Assembly: GCA_051362555.1 (NCBI GenBank)
Contig: CM120649.1
Location: 3,658,001 to 3,722,000, forward strand
DNA length: 64,000 bases
Reading direction: 5' to 3'
From: Lingula anatina
Taxonomy: Eukaryota > Animalia > Brachiopoda
The notes beneath the pieces are model-generated. The model did no database searches and was not told the origin of the DNA. It saw only the letters and a list, made by a program, of their open reading frames with translations. A program made the translations under genes and the position numbers. Positions 1 through 14,964 of this stretch are shown here, in pieces (the stretch's first letter is position 1; each line of letters starts with the position of its first letter).

Positions 1-110
1 GAGTGAAGTACAAAATTTTGTTATCAGACATTGTAACAAGTTGTAACAGAACTGTGATGAATGTTGTAAATCATACAAGTTGTAATAGAGCTGTAGCAAA
101 GTATAATTTA

Positions 111-240
111 CTGTAATAAATTATAACAAGTTCTAAAGGATTGTGACAAAGTGTAACTTATTGTAATAAATTATATCAAGTTCTTAAGGACTGTGATAAA
201 GTGTAACTTATTGTAATAAATTATAACAATTTCTAAAGGA
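111..240. repeat. ~50-bp tandem minisatellite (2.6 copies; decayed copies likely upstream to base 1)
   Basis: Unit (c/t)tgtaataaattataacaagttctaaaggattgtgacaaagtgtaactta recurs at 111, 161 and 211. Confidence 0.85.
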
Positions 241-1225
241 GTAAATCTGTAATTTACATCCTGTTAAATAGATGTCACTGACTATTTTTTTTCCTTCAAA
301 GGCACTAATATAAGAATTTTTTTTTTTTTTTTTGTTAGTCCGCCCGTACCCCTACCCTCTACTTACTATCTGAATTGATAAAGATTCAACAGATAACTCC
401 ACAGCCACTGGGGAAAGGGAGGTTGTGTTCATATATACAGAGATAACAAACAAAAAATGAAATATGGGCCGAGTAAGATAACAAAAAAAAAGGAAGGCGT
501 ACTTTCTATATTGATAAAAAATACAATAGACTTTTTTTACATGAGTTTGTTCATATGTGTTCTTGTTTAGCAAAAATAAGAGATCTTTGGTAGTTTTTAT
601 CTTGAAATGCAAGTAAAATTGAACTTACTGTAAAAAGTGAAATGGTGGTGGGTTTATGCTGTAAAAGATAAACTTAGTCTGAACAAGTCTAAGTGACATC
701 ATAGCAAAGAGCTTCCAGCTCAGCATTAGCTCGTGATCAGCTTGAAGATTGAAATATATTTCTGTTATATTTTCCTCTATTTATTTATTTATTTTATCAT
801 TATTTTATCATTATTTTATATCATTATTTTATCATTATTCCTAAAAATATGCGTGTATTTAGTAAAAGTGATAGACAGAAGTGATAGAAAACTACTGAAG
901 GTGTATTTCACCCTATGGTTTATCACAGCTTGCAATTCGAACCACATTTCTTTTTTACCTGAGACTGGAAATCAAGTGCAGGCGTTCACCTTAAAACTTG
1001 TGTTTTGCTTATCTCATTTTAAATGTTGTTTACTTTAGAGCTAAAATCAGAGCAGATTTTTTCTTCATTTAATGATTGGGATTGTTGAAATGAATGGAGA
1101 GAGAGACGGAGCACTTTTAGAACTGTCTTACTAATTTAAATGAACTGCAAGTTTGATAAATTGATGTAAAAGTTATTTTTGTCAAAGAATTCAGACTTGT
1201 TTGACTGACTTCAACTTGAAAAGTT

Positions 1226-1231
<6 letters not shown>

Positions 1232-1282
<51 letters not shown>
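1232..1282. repeat. (CT)n microsatellite
   Basis: Direct reading. Confidence 0.95.
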
Positions 1283-1285
<3 letters not shown>

Positions 1286-4200
1286 TGTTCCATTGTATAT
1301 CAGTATTCTTTGCAATTTTTATGCTACTTGGTTGGGTTGAGCAGTTGCTTATGCTGTCCCCATTCTGTGCACCACATATTAATGAGTAGTAACTTAACTG
1401 TCTCTGTAGATTTATGGAAAACTGTACAAGTGCAATTTGTTTAAAAAACGTTCCATTTTAAGATTAACAACATGATTTCAGTGAAATCATCCAGGCACCG
1501 GTGCTGTAAGCTTTTTGTATTCTCTGATAAGAAAAAAAATCTTTGTTCTTTATAACAACTACATGTGATACAGACACCGGAGATTATCCTAGTAAAAGGC
1601 ATGGAGATAATGACCATTTCACCACATTGTAATTTTGACATAGCATTGATGAATCATAGTGATAACTTATTTGAAAGAAGGAAATGTCAAAGAGTAAGTT
1701 ATTACCCGGAATACCATGCCATTCCCCATATGGCCAATTTAGGAAACATTTTTCCTTCAGAAAAAGTATCATCAGTATGGTGAATCAATATTGGGCTGAT
1801 GGGTTGATAAAGTCATATAATCATCCAAACTGAACCCTTGTGGGTCTTTCCTAAAATGGTATTTACTCTTTATAAGATAGGTGATTTCTTCTCTCTTAGT
1901 GGGCCAAACCCTGCTCTAATGATCCCTGGGGTAGTAAATAAACTACGTAAATAACCTATAGGTAAGACTGAAAATGGATCTTCAAGATGTAATGTCCACA
2001 TTTGAGAATGTCCCACAGTCGTATTATCATTTTGTCTACACTTCCCGCAAAGCTAGTTGACTTTTCCTATTCCAACCTTTGAAATGATATAAACTCCTAA
2101 AATGAAAATACCTGACGTCCACATTTGGTTCTGAAATGTCAGGAAAAGCATGGTGGTCTAAATTACTAGCTACATAGGGAGTCTTTTAGAACTAGATCAT
2201 TTGATTTTTTAAAAAAGTATAAAAAATTCATTCTGAACAGGAGATCACCGTATCTTGAATAATTATCCTGCCTTGTCACAACTTTAGAATGCTGCTTGAT
2301 AATTGTTCTACTGTTCTTAGAAATAGATTTTAAAAAACTCACTTCACTAAATTTCTAGTATTCATTTCAGCTATTATTTATAGGTAGTTAATAAAATATA
2401 TGTACATGTGTGATTTTTTTTTTTCTGTTGGACTTTAGAAAATAAGTATAACCTTTAAGGCAACCAAGCCTTTGATGTCATTAGCTTACTTGAAGACCAA
2501 TTCAAAACTGTTCCCAATCCACTGATGGTTCATCTTTTTGCATTTATCTATTAACTGTCATTGATAGTTTTAGTTAAGTTGAATTACTTTTCCTTTTAGA
2601 GCTCATTTCGCCAATTAACTCAGAGCAAAGTGTTTGCGAAAAAGGGATGTTTATTACCTTGAATGAGATGTGGGTGTGATTCGGTGTGTGTGTGCGTGTG
2701 TGTGTGCAAGCATGTATGCGTACATATGTGTAAGTATGTATATTTGTGTGTGTGTGAGCATGTATATTTGTTTGTGTGTGTGTGTGCAAACATTTGAGAC
2801 GAGTAAAAAGATGAATATTATATATATGTATATTATTATTGAGATCTCCTTTCCAATTATATGCCAGAGAGAAGAGAAAGAGAGAGAAAGATAATTCTTT
2901 CATGACAAACTTGTTTTTCTGCCCCTGTTTTACATATCAATTAGTAGGAAAAAAAACTTTTCGACATTCTAAAAAAGAGTCGAATCCTTAGGGAATATTT
3001 TGCTGCCTACGAATCAGACAACTTTTCTCAATAAAGCAAAGCAGTAATCCACTGGGAGTTGAGAGAAGATAAGAGCAGAGGGTGTTTTTTACGCAAGTTT
3101 TAACTTACACATAGGCTTTTTACTTAAAATATGATTCCTAAATGACACAAAGTGATAATTCATTTATTCTGCTACATGTAACCATTCAGTCATGTTCATG
3201 ATGAACAATTAAGGGATTGTTTTTTAAGGCTTCACTCTCTTATATAAGGATATGTCAAAACTGTTGAATTTCAAGGGGTTTCTTTTTTTTAAAGGCTTCA
3301 CTCTCGTATATAAGGAGATGTAAAAACTGGTTAATGTCACTGATGATGGTAAAACTTATCTAGAATTCAAGAGCTTGAAAGCCAGTTTACATATGGTGTC
3401 GTGATTTTTTTTTTTTAGTGGTTTTGAATAGTGATAATGAAAATAAAATATTTACAACTTATTAACCAGTTGATAGATTATAATTTTATAAAGGGAATTC
3501 GAGAAGGTGTACAAAGCATACATAAATAACTGGGATGCTGAGGAAAAACTGTTTAAAATTCCAGGCAAATAATGTTATGTTGATCAAAGGCCCAATGTAT
3601 CTTACATGCTCTAATTGATGGCAATTTTTTTCTCTGTATTATCTATGAGTTTCTTAATCATTTTAATGATTTCACTTGAACTGCACTGTTCCCATAATAA
3701 ATTATGAGATGAGTTTGTCTTGTATTACAAAAGAAAGAAAACAAAAGAAATTGAGAAGTGTAAAGTGAAAGAAAAAATGAAAGAACTCCTGAAAGGAAGG
3801 AAGGATGAAAAAGAAAGAAAGATAAATTGGAAGGGAAGAAGAAAGGAAAAAGGAAGGGAGGAATGATGAAAGAAGGAAGGAAATAAAGGAAGGAAGGAAA
3901 CATTTGTTTCTAATGCCCAAGGAAACTGGGATTTGTTAGAATACCTGATTGGGGGGAGAAATCAATTATTCAGATCAATGGCCTTGTCCAATCTGCTGCT
4001 ACATGCTGGAATGCCTTGTTGCTAAGCTTAAATAGAATTGAATTTTCATTGAATGCCACCCCGTGTCTCCCCCATCTACCCTACCCTTATCTCGTATTAT
4101 TATATACAGCATACCACTCTATGCATAAATTGTAAAAGGACAAATCTCAACCCGGTCTTGCTGTAGATAACATTGAATTTCAGTATAGCACTAAGACCCT

Positions 4201-6164
4201 AACAGTATTTAATAGCCTAACCTAAGTGGGGTCTTTCTAGACCTCCTGTCCTTGAAAAGTATTGAAGACACTGCTTATAAGGGAGGAGAAGCAAAAAAAA
4301 AATGGACAAATTTTGGATGGTTTTACCATGTGATAACATTGTAGTTTAAAAGAACCAATGTAATAGCAGCTTTTAAAAGCGTCATTTATCACAATTTGTT
4401 TGAATTAAACTCACCAGTCTTGGCTTGCTGCTCACTTTGAATAATTATGTGAACTAAGCTCATCTAGGCCCGTCTTCTACCTGTGAGGCCAGTTCAGACA
4501 AGGGTATGTTTAGAATGAGGTAATGACTTTAAACCTGGAGCCTGTGCTTCATGATGTTTAAACAGAAGTTGAAATTCATTTAGAGATAATACTGCTAAAA
4601 ATCTTCACTATAGTAAGTTGTATCTCATGAAAAAACTTAAAGGCTGCTTACCTCATTTTTTTTTTTTTTTTTTTTTTTTTTTGAGAGTGTAAACAGTGCT
4701 CAAGAGCAAATTTTAATTGTCTAGACTAGACACCGATTTTTGTTTTCATTTTTTGACAGTAGTTCATTCAGTTGCAATAGTACCAACAAGGGCAATATTT
4801 GAATTAGTTACAGGCTTTACCTTTGGTTAAATAAAAATTATGGTCTTAAAGTTTATATCAACTTTAGGTCTTAATTTTCTTCATGAAACTGACACTTCAA
4901 AGTAATATTTTTAGTCAGAAAAGTATAGTTGTATATATTAAATAACAACTTAATGGGAATAACAACATTCGGTTTTCGGTCAGGAATTTCCCTGGTGTGA
5001 GCAGGCCTAAGCCAGCTCTAACAGGTCGATCAAGCTGGTAGCGGTGAAGTGTGGTCTTTGAAATGGGAAACTGTTATTTTTTCCCTCATTGATAATTGAG
5101 TGCAATTTTTCAGTTGTGTAGATTTTGGGGTTAGTAGTGCTGGGAAGCCAGTGAGAGAAGCCCTGCTGTGAAAGGTAGAAATATTGAGGAGAAATAGTAG
5201 TATTGTTGACTGAGTGGCGATTGAAAAAGATAGCATCATGGCAGAACATTGGTTTTAAAAATTTGTAAAAGAAATTGGCAAAAAAGTGAATCAAAATTTC
5301 TAACTCACTGGTTCTTTACAGCGGTACTATTTACTAATCCAAAGATGAAATACTGAAATATTTAGATAAGGGAAAATTGATATAAAATAAATTTGTAATT
5401 TTATGAAATATATACTAGTCTGATGTGAGGATTTTTTTATTTAATGCTTCTGTGATGCCAAATCACCTAGTAAGTTACCTGAGCCCAGAGTATATACAAT
5501 CCATTTTGCTAAAAAAAGATAAAAATAAAAAACTAGCAAATGAACTGAACATGTAAAGCTCCCTTTGTTCTACCCTTTTTACCCAAAAATCACTGAGCAT
5601 GTCAAATGATGTAATCTCTGGGAGGGAAATTCCTTACTAAAACCGACCTTTAAATTTTGTTCTCATCGTTTTCTTTCCCAAGCGTGTCCTATTCTAATTA
5701 ATTCTACCTCGCCATCCTTTTTCATCTCTTTTTTCCTCTATTTTTTCTACAAAATTTGTAACAATAGCACGATACACTGCAATAAGTTAATCTGTCTCCT
5801 TCTTTTGTCAATTGTGTCTAACCTGAATTGACAGATAGATTTGATTGACGTCTCATTAAGATTTTGATTGGAAACTAATTGCTTAGTTTATAGTTTTTTA
5901 GTGAAGAACATGAGGTCAGCATTGGAATTCCTTAATGTGGTATAATGGCGATATATATTTATTTTGAAAGCTGTGTTACTTGATTATTCTGCGTGTGTAT
6001 TTATCTATAAAGTGAAATGTCGTGCTCAGTTTGGAATTGTAACTTGTGAAATGTGTACTCGCATGGGTTGCAACTTATGCAGCAATCTCACGGCACATGC
6101 ATGCAGTTGTACAAATACATGCACTCTTGTACTAACAAATAATGAAACGTGAACAGCCACTCTG

Positions 6165-6209
<45 letters not shown>

Positions 6210-6218
6210 CACATACAT

Positions 6219-6255
<37 letters not shown>

Positions 6256-6958
6256 CTTTTTCTCTCACAAACAGATGTGCACACACTTATTATTACATGT
6301 ATGCAAGCAATCAGACATGCTCACACACATATACCAACACCAGGGAAAACTAATGTGATGATAATTCACTATTGACAAAATATTACATAATATTCAATTA
6401 TCAGTCGGTGACATATTTCTGTAATCTTAACAAGAAATGATTTCATTTAAGCCAATACATACCCTCTAACTACACACTCCAACAATCAGTTGTTAGTCTG
6501 AATCTCTTGTCTCATTTGGCAAAATTTCGGGAATCATTAGTCAGTTGACAGTTGTTATGTGTAGATACATCTTAGGCAAATCAATGTTATAATCAGTGGC
6601 TGTTAGCAATAACGAGATCATTTTCAGTAATGTCCTCATGCACTTGCCATAGTTCTAAAATAGTGTTGTCGTGCGTCATCACAATATCTGATAATTTGTA
6701 GCAACAAAATTAAATGTATTTATTTTTGAGAAAACTATTGACAAACATATACATTAATTTGCTTTTAGATCTTAATTAAATTGTTATCATGATCTTAGAT
6801 GTGTCTCAAGTTCTCTAGGGATTGAACCAATTTTCAAGCTGGAGTCTTTTTGGGAAGGATCTGCCCAGAATCCAATAGGTCCAGCTGCCAAATGTACATT
6901 CTCTCAGTGAACGAAATAATTACTTTCTTGCTTTGTGTTGGAGGTAGGCTGTCACTCT

Positions 6959-7127
6959 CAGGGGTGGATCCAGAAATATTTTCTGACAGTCTTCCAAATC
7001 ATCTTTGTTGATCCATCCTCCATTTCTGACCGTCTTCCGACAGAGTAAAATTAGATACCCATCCATGTAAATTTGAAAATCTGACCGTATTCCGGAAGAC
7101 CCAGAAGATGCCCTAATTCCGCCCCTG
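6959..7127. mobile_element. MITE with CAGGGG(T/C)GGAT...ATTCCGCCCCTG termini and 5-bp TSD (hAT5-like)
   Basis: TIRs; flanked by ACTCT at 6954-6958 and 7128-7132; close paralog at 14802-14964. Confidence 0.85.
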
Positions 7128-8881
7128 ACTCTTATGTTGGAACCATGAAGTATTAGAAAAAACTTCCCATGGAGGGAAATAGTTGATTGTTTGTAACTAA
7201 TTGTAAAACTTCTGGCATGTTAGATGGGAAATGGTGTTGGGAATGTAGGAGAGGCAGTGATAGAACCAACACGCATCCTGTGTTTATTTCTAAGTTCTTT
7301 TTTTTTTTTCTTTTTGAAACCTAGAAGCTGTACTGATTCATGGATGTAATCCCTGTGTTTATTTCTAAGTCAGTCTAATTTTTTTTTTAAGATGGAGAAG
7401 CTGTACTAGTTCATGGATACAAATCCTGCTTATCTCCAAGTGAATTTTTTTAAGGATGCTATAGTGGTTGATAGTAAATTTTGTTTTTAGATATAAGGTC
7501 AGTTTTTTTTTTTTTTTTTTTCAAAAATTGGAATGCTTTGTTAATTCATGAACAAATATTCTGCGTTTGCTTTAAGTTAAAATATTTCTGAAAATCCTGT
7601 CTGTTGAACATACTGAAATTCTCTACTGATACTGTATAAATATACCTGCATCTTTTTTTCCCTCAAATCTGCTGGAAAAAAAAACTCTCTAGAGAAGCTG
7701 TGTATAGAGAATACTTAGTTGCCAAGAGACACTAATCGTCCTGCATGTCAGAAATCGGGATTGAAGCCCAAACTGCATTAAAATACAAGATAGCATAGTA
7801 CACTATATTCAGCCTACTGGTATATTGGTGATGTCTGTGTCTGAATTGATACTTCTATGGTGCTTTTGTCAACCAAAATGCTTCTTCTGGGATCTTGTGC
7901 TGTAGTACCTAAAGACCCTATTTCTACTTGCACTTTATGTACATTTCTAAACAAATGAATCTCTGTGAATTATTCTTTTGTAGTAGCTTATGCTTAGTTG
8001 TACATGTAAATGAACCTATTTCTATGAAAATGGAAACCACATTTTGAAAGGATCATATAAATGATGAGATTAGATATAGAGTTGTGACTTATCATCAATA
8101 CTATATGTCATTTCCCACTGTTGACTGAGCATTATAAGGGCTTTCTGCACTGATCTCTCATTGCTTATTTTTAGTTAAATAAAAATAGATAATTGAAAAA
8201 ATTGAATGAGTTTCCCCTTTTAGAACATCTGCCAACATGACTTCGGATATACTTTTGTTATGAGGTGAATTTTGAATAACTAGGGAAAATCATTTTGAGA
8301 TTTCATTGTGAAGAGAGTCACCAAACTTATTTTGACAATATTTATACCGTAGAAGCGGAATGTTCTGTTTTCAGTATATTATTTTTTTCTTTGTTTTAAA
8401 TTGTATAAGAAGATAATCTGTTTTTACAAAAAAAAAGTAATTAACACCAAGGAAACCAAAAAACTTATTAAAACTTATCACTATCCTACGTCCCTAAAAC
8501 TTCTTCTTGACTAATGAAGCAATTGCCAAATTTGCAAGACCAAGGCCTTCATTACCTTTAATAGGAAGCCCTCAGCTGCTCCTAGAGAGAGTTTAGCCCC
8601 AGTGAGGACACCGCATCCTATAAAATGATGTTCTCTCCTCTATTGCAACAGACTGCTAAACTGAAAATCAATCAGCTCATTTGGTTTTGTGATGGAGAGT
8701 TTTCTTATCTGTTCTTCCCCTTTTCCCTGCAGATGGCAGCACTTGCCCTAGACTTCCCATTTACCAAGACAAGCTTTGATGGCTTAATTGTAGTTAGAAG
8801 TGATAGTAATATTAATTTGACGGTGGTGATATTGAGAAGGATGATGATGGAATTAATATTAATAATGAAATGATTATAATG

Positions 8882-8884
<3 letters not shown>

Positions 8885-8936
<52 letters not shown>
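8885..8936. repeat. (AAT)n microsatellite
   Basis: Direct reading. Confidence 0.95.
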
Positions 8937-8937
<1 letters not shown>

Positions 8938-9882
8938 TTGAAAAAATCCAAAGCATTTTTTAATTATTTTCACTAATAGTCTTGTCCATTTGTTACTTTA
9001 ATGATTTTTCCAATTTGCGTATAGCTTGATAAAATGCCATAGTTAGATTGCCTAGCAAGGTGGTGAAACACAGCAAATGAGGAATTTATTTCATAAAAAA
9101 ATTATGATAGAATGATCAATCAGTACAGCATATGCACATTCTTTTGATTTAGGTTCAAGTTATAAAAGTTGCATGAGGCAATAACAAGATTTTTATCTCT
9201 CCATGTTTTTTCTATAAATTAAATTTGTTCACCCACCATATTTTACTAGCAAACACATTGATTAAATAATCTGTTCTCAAATAGTTTTCCATCTGTTCAG
9301 TTTCTCCATTAGTGTGCTTAGGTCAATAAATAGCCATGTATATGCTGAAATGGAACGTCAATTCTTGCATCTTTCACTGATAAATCAAAATAAAAAGGAT
9401 ATTGTTAAAATTTATTCAGTATAATTATGCTTTTTTACCTTACGTTTTTTTGTTGTTTTTTTTTAACCTAGTTGTACTTTTTATATTCTCTTCTTGGAGG
9501 AGAAAAATGAAGAAAAAAAAAGATTTTCATTGACTTAAAAAGTTATCAATACGGTACATTGCCAGGTACAAGATTGGTTATTGACAATTTTTTAGATGTT
9601 TTGTATAACTTTCTTGTAAAAAAAACAGCAATTGAGAGATATACCAGTAATCAATTGATAATTGATAAGCAGCATAACTGATGACTAACACACACACACA
9701 CACACACACACACAATTTAAAGTGGGTGATATTTTATTGACTATATGGAATCAGTGATGTCTCTCTTTACTAAAATGTCTCCTATAATCCAAAAATCAAA
9801 AGAAAAAAGATTTAGATGAAAATGTCAAAAGCTCATTAAATTGGACATCATGATTTTGATAATGTTGAATTAAAATATGTCT

Positions 9883-9917
<35 letters not shown>

Positions 9918-10081
9918 TTTTAGGAGACAGTTCTCTTTTTGTTTTAATTTATACTTATTTTTTATGTATTTTATCCACAGACCAGTTTCAGTAAAAAGAA
10001 CATTATAAACCCACAGCCTACTCCACTATAGGTGAGTGGTGTGCCATGCAGCAAAGTCATTCAGATCGTAGTATGCTAGTA

Positions 10082-10255
10082 CAGGCCTATAGCCAGCAAT
10101 TTCACAGGTGGGGGGTAAGGTGTTCTGAAAAAAAAAAGGGACCTTTTACCATTATACCTTCATGTATCAGGATATCCATGGCGAAACCTTTTTCCAGCAA
10201 AAAGGGTGGTTAGTTCAAACCTCCAGAACCCCTCTCTCCCCCAGAAATAGGCCTG
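10082..10255 (-). mobile_element. CAGGCC...GGCCTG MITE, decayed relative of 46051-46226 in opposite orientation
   Basis: TIR caggcctat / ataggcctg; internal gaaaaa..ggacctttt and gttc.aa...gaacccc motifs shared with the 46051 copy; flanks tagta/cagtg (degenerate TSD). Confidence 0.65.
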
Positions 10256-11350
10256 CAGTGATTTCCGTTTCTGTCATATTTTCCTAGAAGACTTACTGTT
10301 ATAGGAGGGAGGGATGTAATTGAAATGTGCACTACAGCACACGGCAGATTAGGTTGGAGACAAGGAACACTGCACAGCTCCAGGGGTTTGTCAAGCGTGC
10401 ACAATGATATGAGAACAATAACGTCTTGAGAGACAGAGATAAGAAAGTGCAATATTTTACGCCATAGTGGAATTAGGTTTAGGATCCAGTAGCAGTTATT
10501 TTTGTGTGACGTTATATGTGCATAGATACAGCCAACTGAATGGTATCAGATTGTGACTGAAAGCACTTAACACTTAACTAGTATACATCAGGAGTTTTTT
10601 GTTTTTTTTTTTTCATCTCTCTCTTATTTTTTTTTTACAAAATTTGCATGAGGGTGCTGTTAGTACACTAGGGGTCAATGGAGACATCCTGAGTTTCAAA
10701 CCCACCTGTATTGTCAGTATATATATATATATATATAGCCCTGTGCTAGCTGTTTTCACCATGAGTTTCAGGGTTTACTAGAAATTCACCCTTAGCAAAA
10801 TAAAAAGAAAGTTGCAGCAATATTGTAAGCAATATTGCTGCAGACTAAAAATTTGCTGTAATGCGTTTGTAGGAGTTTGCAAGAAAAAAATTTATTGACG
10901 CTAATTTGCAGTCATATGATATTGTAGCAAATTTGTGGCAAATTTGCTGGGACTTTGCAGCAGGCACCTCTATTATCAGTATAGTCCTATGCTGTTTTCC
11001 TTCTGAGTTTTGGGTCTTTATTCACTGCCTCTGTTGCTTTTGATAACTTAGGGTTTCACGAGTGTGAATTACAGCAGTGGGATTAACAGCAGTCCCCGAA
11101 AACTTACAATAACTTGAAGCAGTTGCTCGAGATTGTTTTTCCATCATTTACAGATTTCATCTTCCGGCCAGTGGTTTTTGAAGGCCTACCACATGGGAAT
11201 ATATATATGAAACCAGTGGGAAAGAAATATCAAGGCCACACTGTGAATATTGCTTTCTGTATTTCCATCAAAGTTTTGAAACTGTCCATTTTAGATCTTA
11301 ACCACCTTTTTCAAGGAGAGCAAAGACAATTTACAATTGCAACTAAGGCC

Positions 11351-11390
<40 letters not shown>

Positions 11391-11743
11391 TCTTTTTTAT
11401 ACGAATTATTTGGAGGTTATTTTATCATCAGTCTGTCTGTTTTGACATTTGCTATCAGGGTATTCCAGTGAGTCAAGTCAAAATTGGTTTGGATAATGCA
11501 CTTATTACTGTAACAGCTTTACCTGTAAGCACACCTGGCCGTAATTTCACATGATATTCTAGGAAAGAGGGTTTCACACCTTATTCCAAGTGTAACCCTA
11601 TATTTATCATATTTCATATTGATGACATGGGGATATGGCAGTGCCTTGTGTGTTGGGGGGAGTACATGTGTATGTGAATTTGTGTGTGTGTGTGTGTGTG
11701 CATGTACATTATGTGTGTGTGTGTGTGTGTGTGCGTGCGTGCA

Positions 11744-11782
<39 letters not shown>

Positions 11783-12420
11783 GTCAGTAAGTCAGCTCTA
11801 GTAATTATATGAGCTTAAGAATTAGTGTGTGTATGTGCATGTATTGGTTTATGCGTTTTTCTGTGTGCATTCATCCAAGCATGATTCAGTCAGTCAATTA
11901 CTGAAGTCAAGTTTGTGCACAGTGTACTTTTCTGGTAGTGTGTGTGTGTGTGTGTCTGTGTGTGTGTGTGTCTGTGTGTGTGCATGTGTGTGTGTGTGTG
12001 TGTGGCAGAAGCATGCATACGCACTGCACTTGAATGCTATATTGTAGATTGTCATAGATTAAGGTATAGAAAGAGTAAGTTATAACTACAGTACAATATG
12101 ATATTGTCAAAAAAAAACATGATCAGTAAAGTTACTCTTGCAGCACGTGTTAATTGAATTGTATATGACATTCACTGTCTCTAAAACCATTAATAAATAA
12201 TCCCTTTCTAAGAAAACCCTACATGGATGCTATATCATTTCACATTGATTGTTATAATTGAAAAATCAATTAAACACTGAGACAATAAGCCTTGATGAGA
12301 TATAATTGTGCTTCCTAGGGATATTTCAGTGATATAATGTATTTCTTGTGATTCTTTCAGACCAACTCTCCAAGACACCAGCCACTTACTGCAGGCCCCC
12401 AGGGGAACCAGGGGTAAGTT

Positions 12421-12670
12421 AAGAGAGAGAGAGAGGAGGGGGGGGAGGGAGAGAGAGAGAGGGAGGCGAAGAGAGAGAGAGAGAGAGGGGAGGAGAGAGA
12501 GAAGGAGGGATGGGAGAGAGGAGAGGCAGGGGAAGGAGAGAGAAACAGAGACAGAGATAGGGAAGAGGGAGAGAGAGAGTGGGGTGGGAGAAAGAGATGG
12601 AGAAGAAGGGACGGAGAGAAGGAGGGAGAGAGAGCATGGGAGAGAGATAAAAACAGAGTAAGAGGGCAAG
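12421..12670. repeat. Polypurine (GA-rich) low-complexity tract
   Basis: Direct reading; explains the spurious S/L/P-rich ORFs at 12235-12692. Confidence 0.9.
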
Positions 12671-13354
12671 AGAACAATTCACTGAAGGGCAATATATTTA
12701 TAGTTCTTGCATTATTTTCTTGACAAATTCAATTTCATGCAAGAGATTTTGACAGAATGAGGTATAATATTTATAAGAAAGATAATAATAATGATTCCTT
12801 TGGGACAATAAACCTACTACCGTGTAATAAGGCTGATTATGAGAAAACAATGAAACATCCTGTGTAAAGTTAACAATGCCAGGTTATAAATCATCCCTGC
12901 AAACTTTTTTGGTGAATCCCGTCTTCTCGGAACCTTCCCATAAGTACTTTCCAGGAAAGATGCTAATCTTTCAATGATTCATTCTGTTTATGCTACGCAT
13001 TCCTGCTTTGTCAAATTTTCGTTAGATTTGTCGTCACAATTATTGTCAGGAAATTGAATGATGAGGCGACAGTTATATTGAGATGAGGAGAGGAGAACAA
13101 ATATTCTGAAGATTTTAATCATATAAAATTGGGTGATTGCCTCCATGTAATCAGAATATATGGAAGCTCACAATTTTTATTGAAGGTTTACTTTATAAAA
13201 GGGCTCTTAATGTGGACAGATAGTCCAAGGAGAAAAAAAACTTTCTTTGAGGGGGGGGGTTATGAATAATTTTCTTTTACTGACAAAAACTACACTTAAT
13301 TTTATTCATTAATCCATAATATCTATAAAGATCATTTAAAGAAAGTTAGTACAA

Positions 13355-13419
<65 letters not shown>

Positions 13420-14801
13420 CACATACATGCCTGTGTGCGTGCATGTGTGTGTAAATTTCCCTGTATATAGGTTCACTTAATAAGTTTGGAATTCTCATTT
13501 TGATTTTTAGTAACCTTACATTTTTAAATATGATATGTATGCCTTCTAAAACCAGCAATATTTTGTGAACTATCCCACCTTGTACAACCCCAACCGCAAC
13601 CCCTAGAAGCAAGGTGTGACATTTCTACTTTACCTGCATGATAGGATTTTATTTCCCTTGATAAAAGTAGTATATTCTTACCTCTTTGCCAAATCGTGTA
13701 CATCTGAGATTTAAACAACTACAAAGTGTCAAGGAGTGCATCCTGAAGAAAAAAATTGAAGTGAGAAGTTTTTGAAAACTTCAAAAGGTTGAAGTCAATA
13801 AGGTGTAATAGATACAGGTAATTGGCGCACAAGATTCCTTTCTCGCCCGTCCTTGCAGTTTAAACATCACAAGAAAGTCGCCTTTGTCATAAATCATACT
13901 GCCTTTTATGCCTTTTTTTATACTAGTCATTTAAATGACCCGTCAGATCTTTGACAAGTATTTTGCATTCAAAAATTCTTTAGAAAAAGTGTTTGTTATT
14001 TCTGTTTTACAAATTTCAAAAGCTTTTCTGTTTTTCGCCAAGATGCACCACATCCAAAAGCCTTCACTGAATTACAATCTATAAACCCAATTTTGATAGC
14101 TAAGCTTTAAATTTCTGAGCCACTTTTGCGATGACAATGTAACGTAACATATGAATCACACTTGTAATGGTAAAATACACATTAAGAATTTTAAAAACTG
14201 GTTTATACATTGATTTTTTTCAGTATGTTTATATACATAGGATATATCTTGGTAATTTAGGAAGAATGTTTGCAATTCCCAGGATTTTTTTCCTTTCTGT
14301 AGAAGGGTTTAATGGGATTTATATGCCATTAATGTTCATGTTTAAAAACAACATTTGGAAAGATCAAATTATTACGTAAGAAAAAAATTAATGTTTATCT
14401 TTTACTGATGATTAAGCAGTGTTTGTGTATACGCTATCTTTAAAAAAATGCAGCGCTAATTTGTAATACACATCTTTTATCTTAGAAAGTTTTTGCTCAA
14501 GGGTGCGTTTCCCCAGCCATTCCAACATACTTAAGATAGGACATTCCTCAACTGATTTATTCTTAGTTCATCTGTAATTAATTCTTTTTAATGTCCTTGT
14601 TTTACACGTAATGTATGACTCTTATTACGTGTAGTTTCCAGCTCTGCTTTCATACTGTCAGATGTTTAAGTCTTTATTAACATAACAGCTTTTAATTAAT
14701 ATCTCCTATGACTTATCCACAGGCCCATTGCTAATTTAATTAGATAGAGTCATCAGAAAGCTTTTTTTAAATAGATTTATTATCACATAGACCATACGCA
14801 A

Positions 14802-14964
14802 CAGGGGCAGCTCCAGAGCTCTTTTCTGACAGTCTTCCAAATTATCTTTGTTGGTCCATCCTCCAATTTTGACAGTCTTCCAACAAAAAAAAAAAAAAAG
14901 AGTATAAATTGAAAAATCTGACCGTCTTCTGGAAGACCCAGAAGACGGCCTAAATGTGCCCCTG
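14802..14964. mobile_element. MITE, same family as 6959-7127, 5-bp TSD
   Basis: caggggcagct...aaatgtgcccctg; CGCAA at 14797-14801 and 14965-14969; internal ttctgacagtcttcc repeats shared with the 6959 copy. Confidence 0.85.

Noticed and set aside
12235-12692. S/L/P-rich minus-strand ORFs (likewise 2574-2903, 15996-17299, 41639-42110, 53096-53488)
   Set aside because: Artefacts of (GA)n/(CA)n microsatellites and purine tracts.
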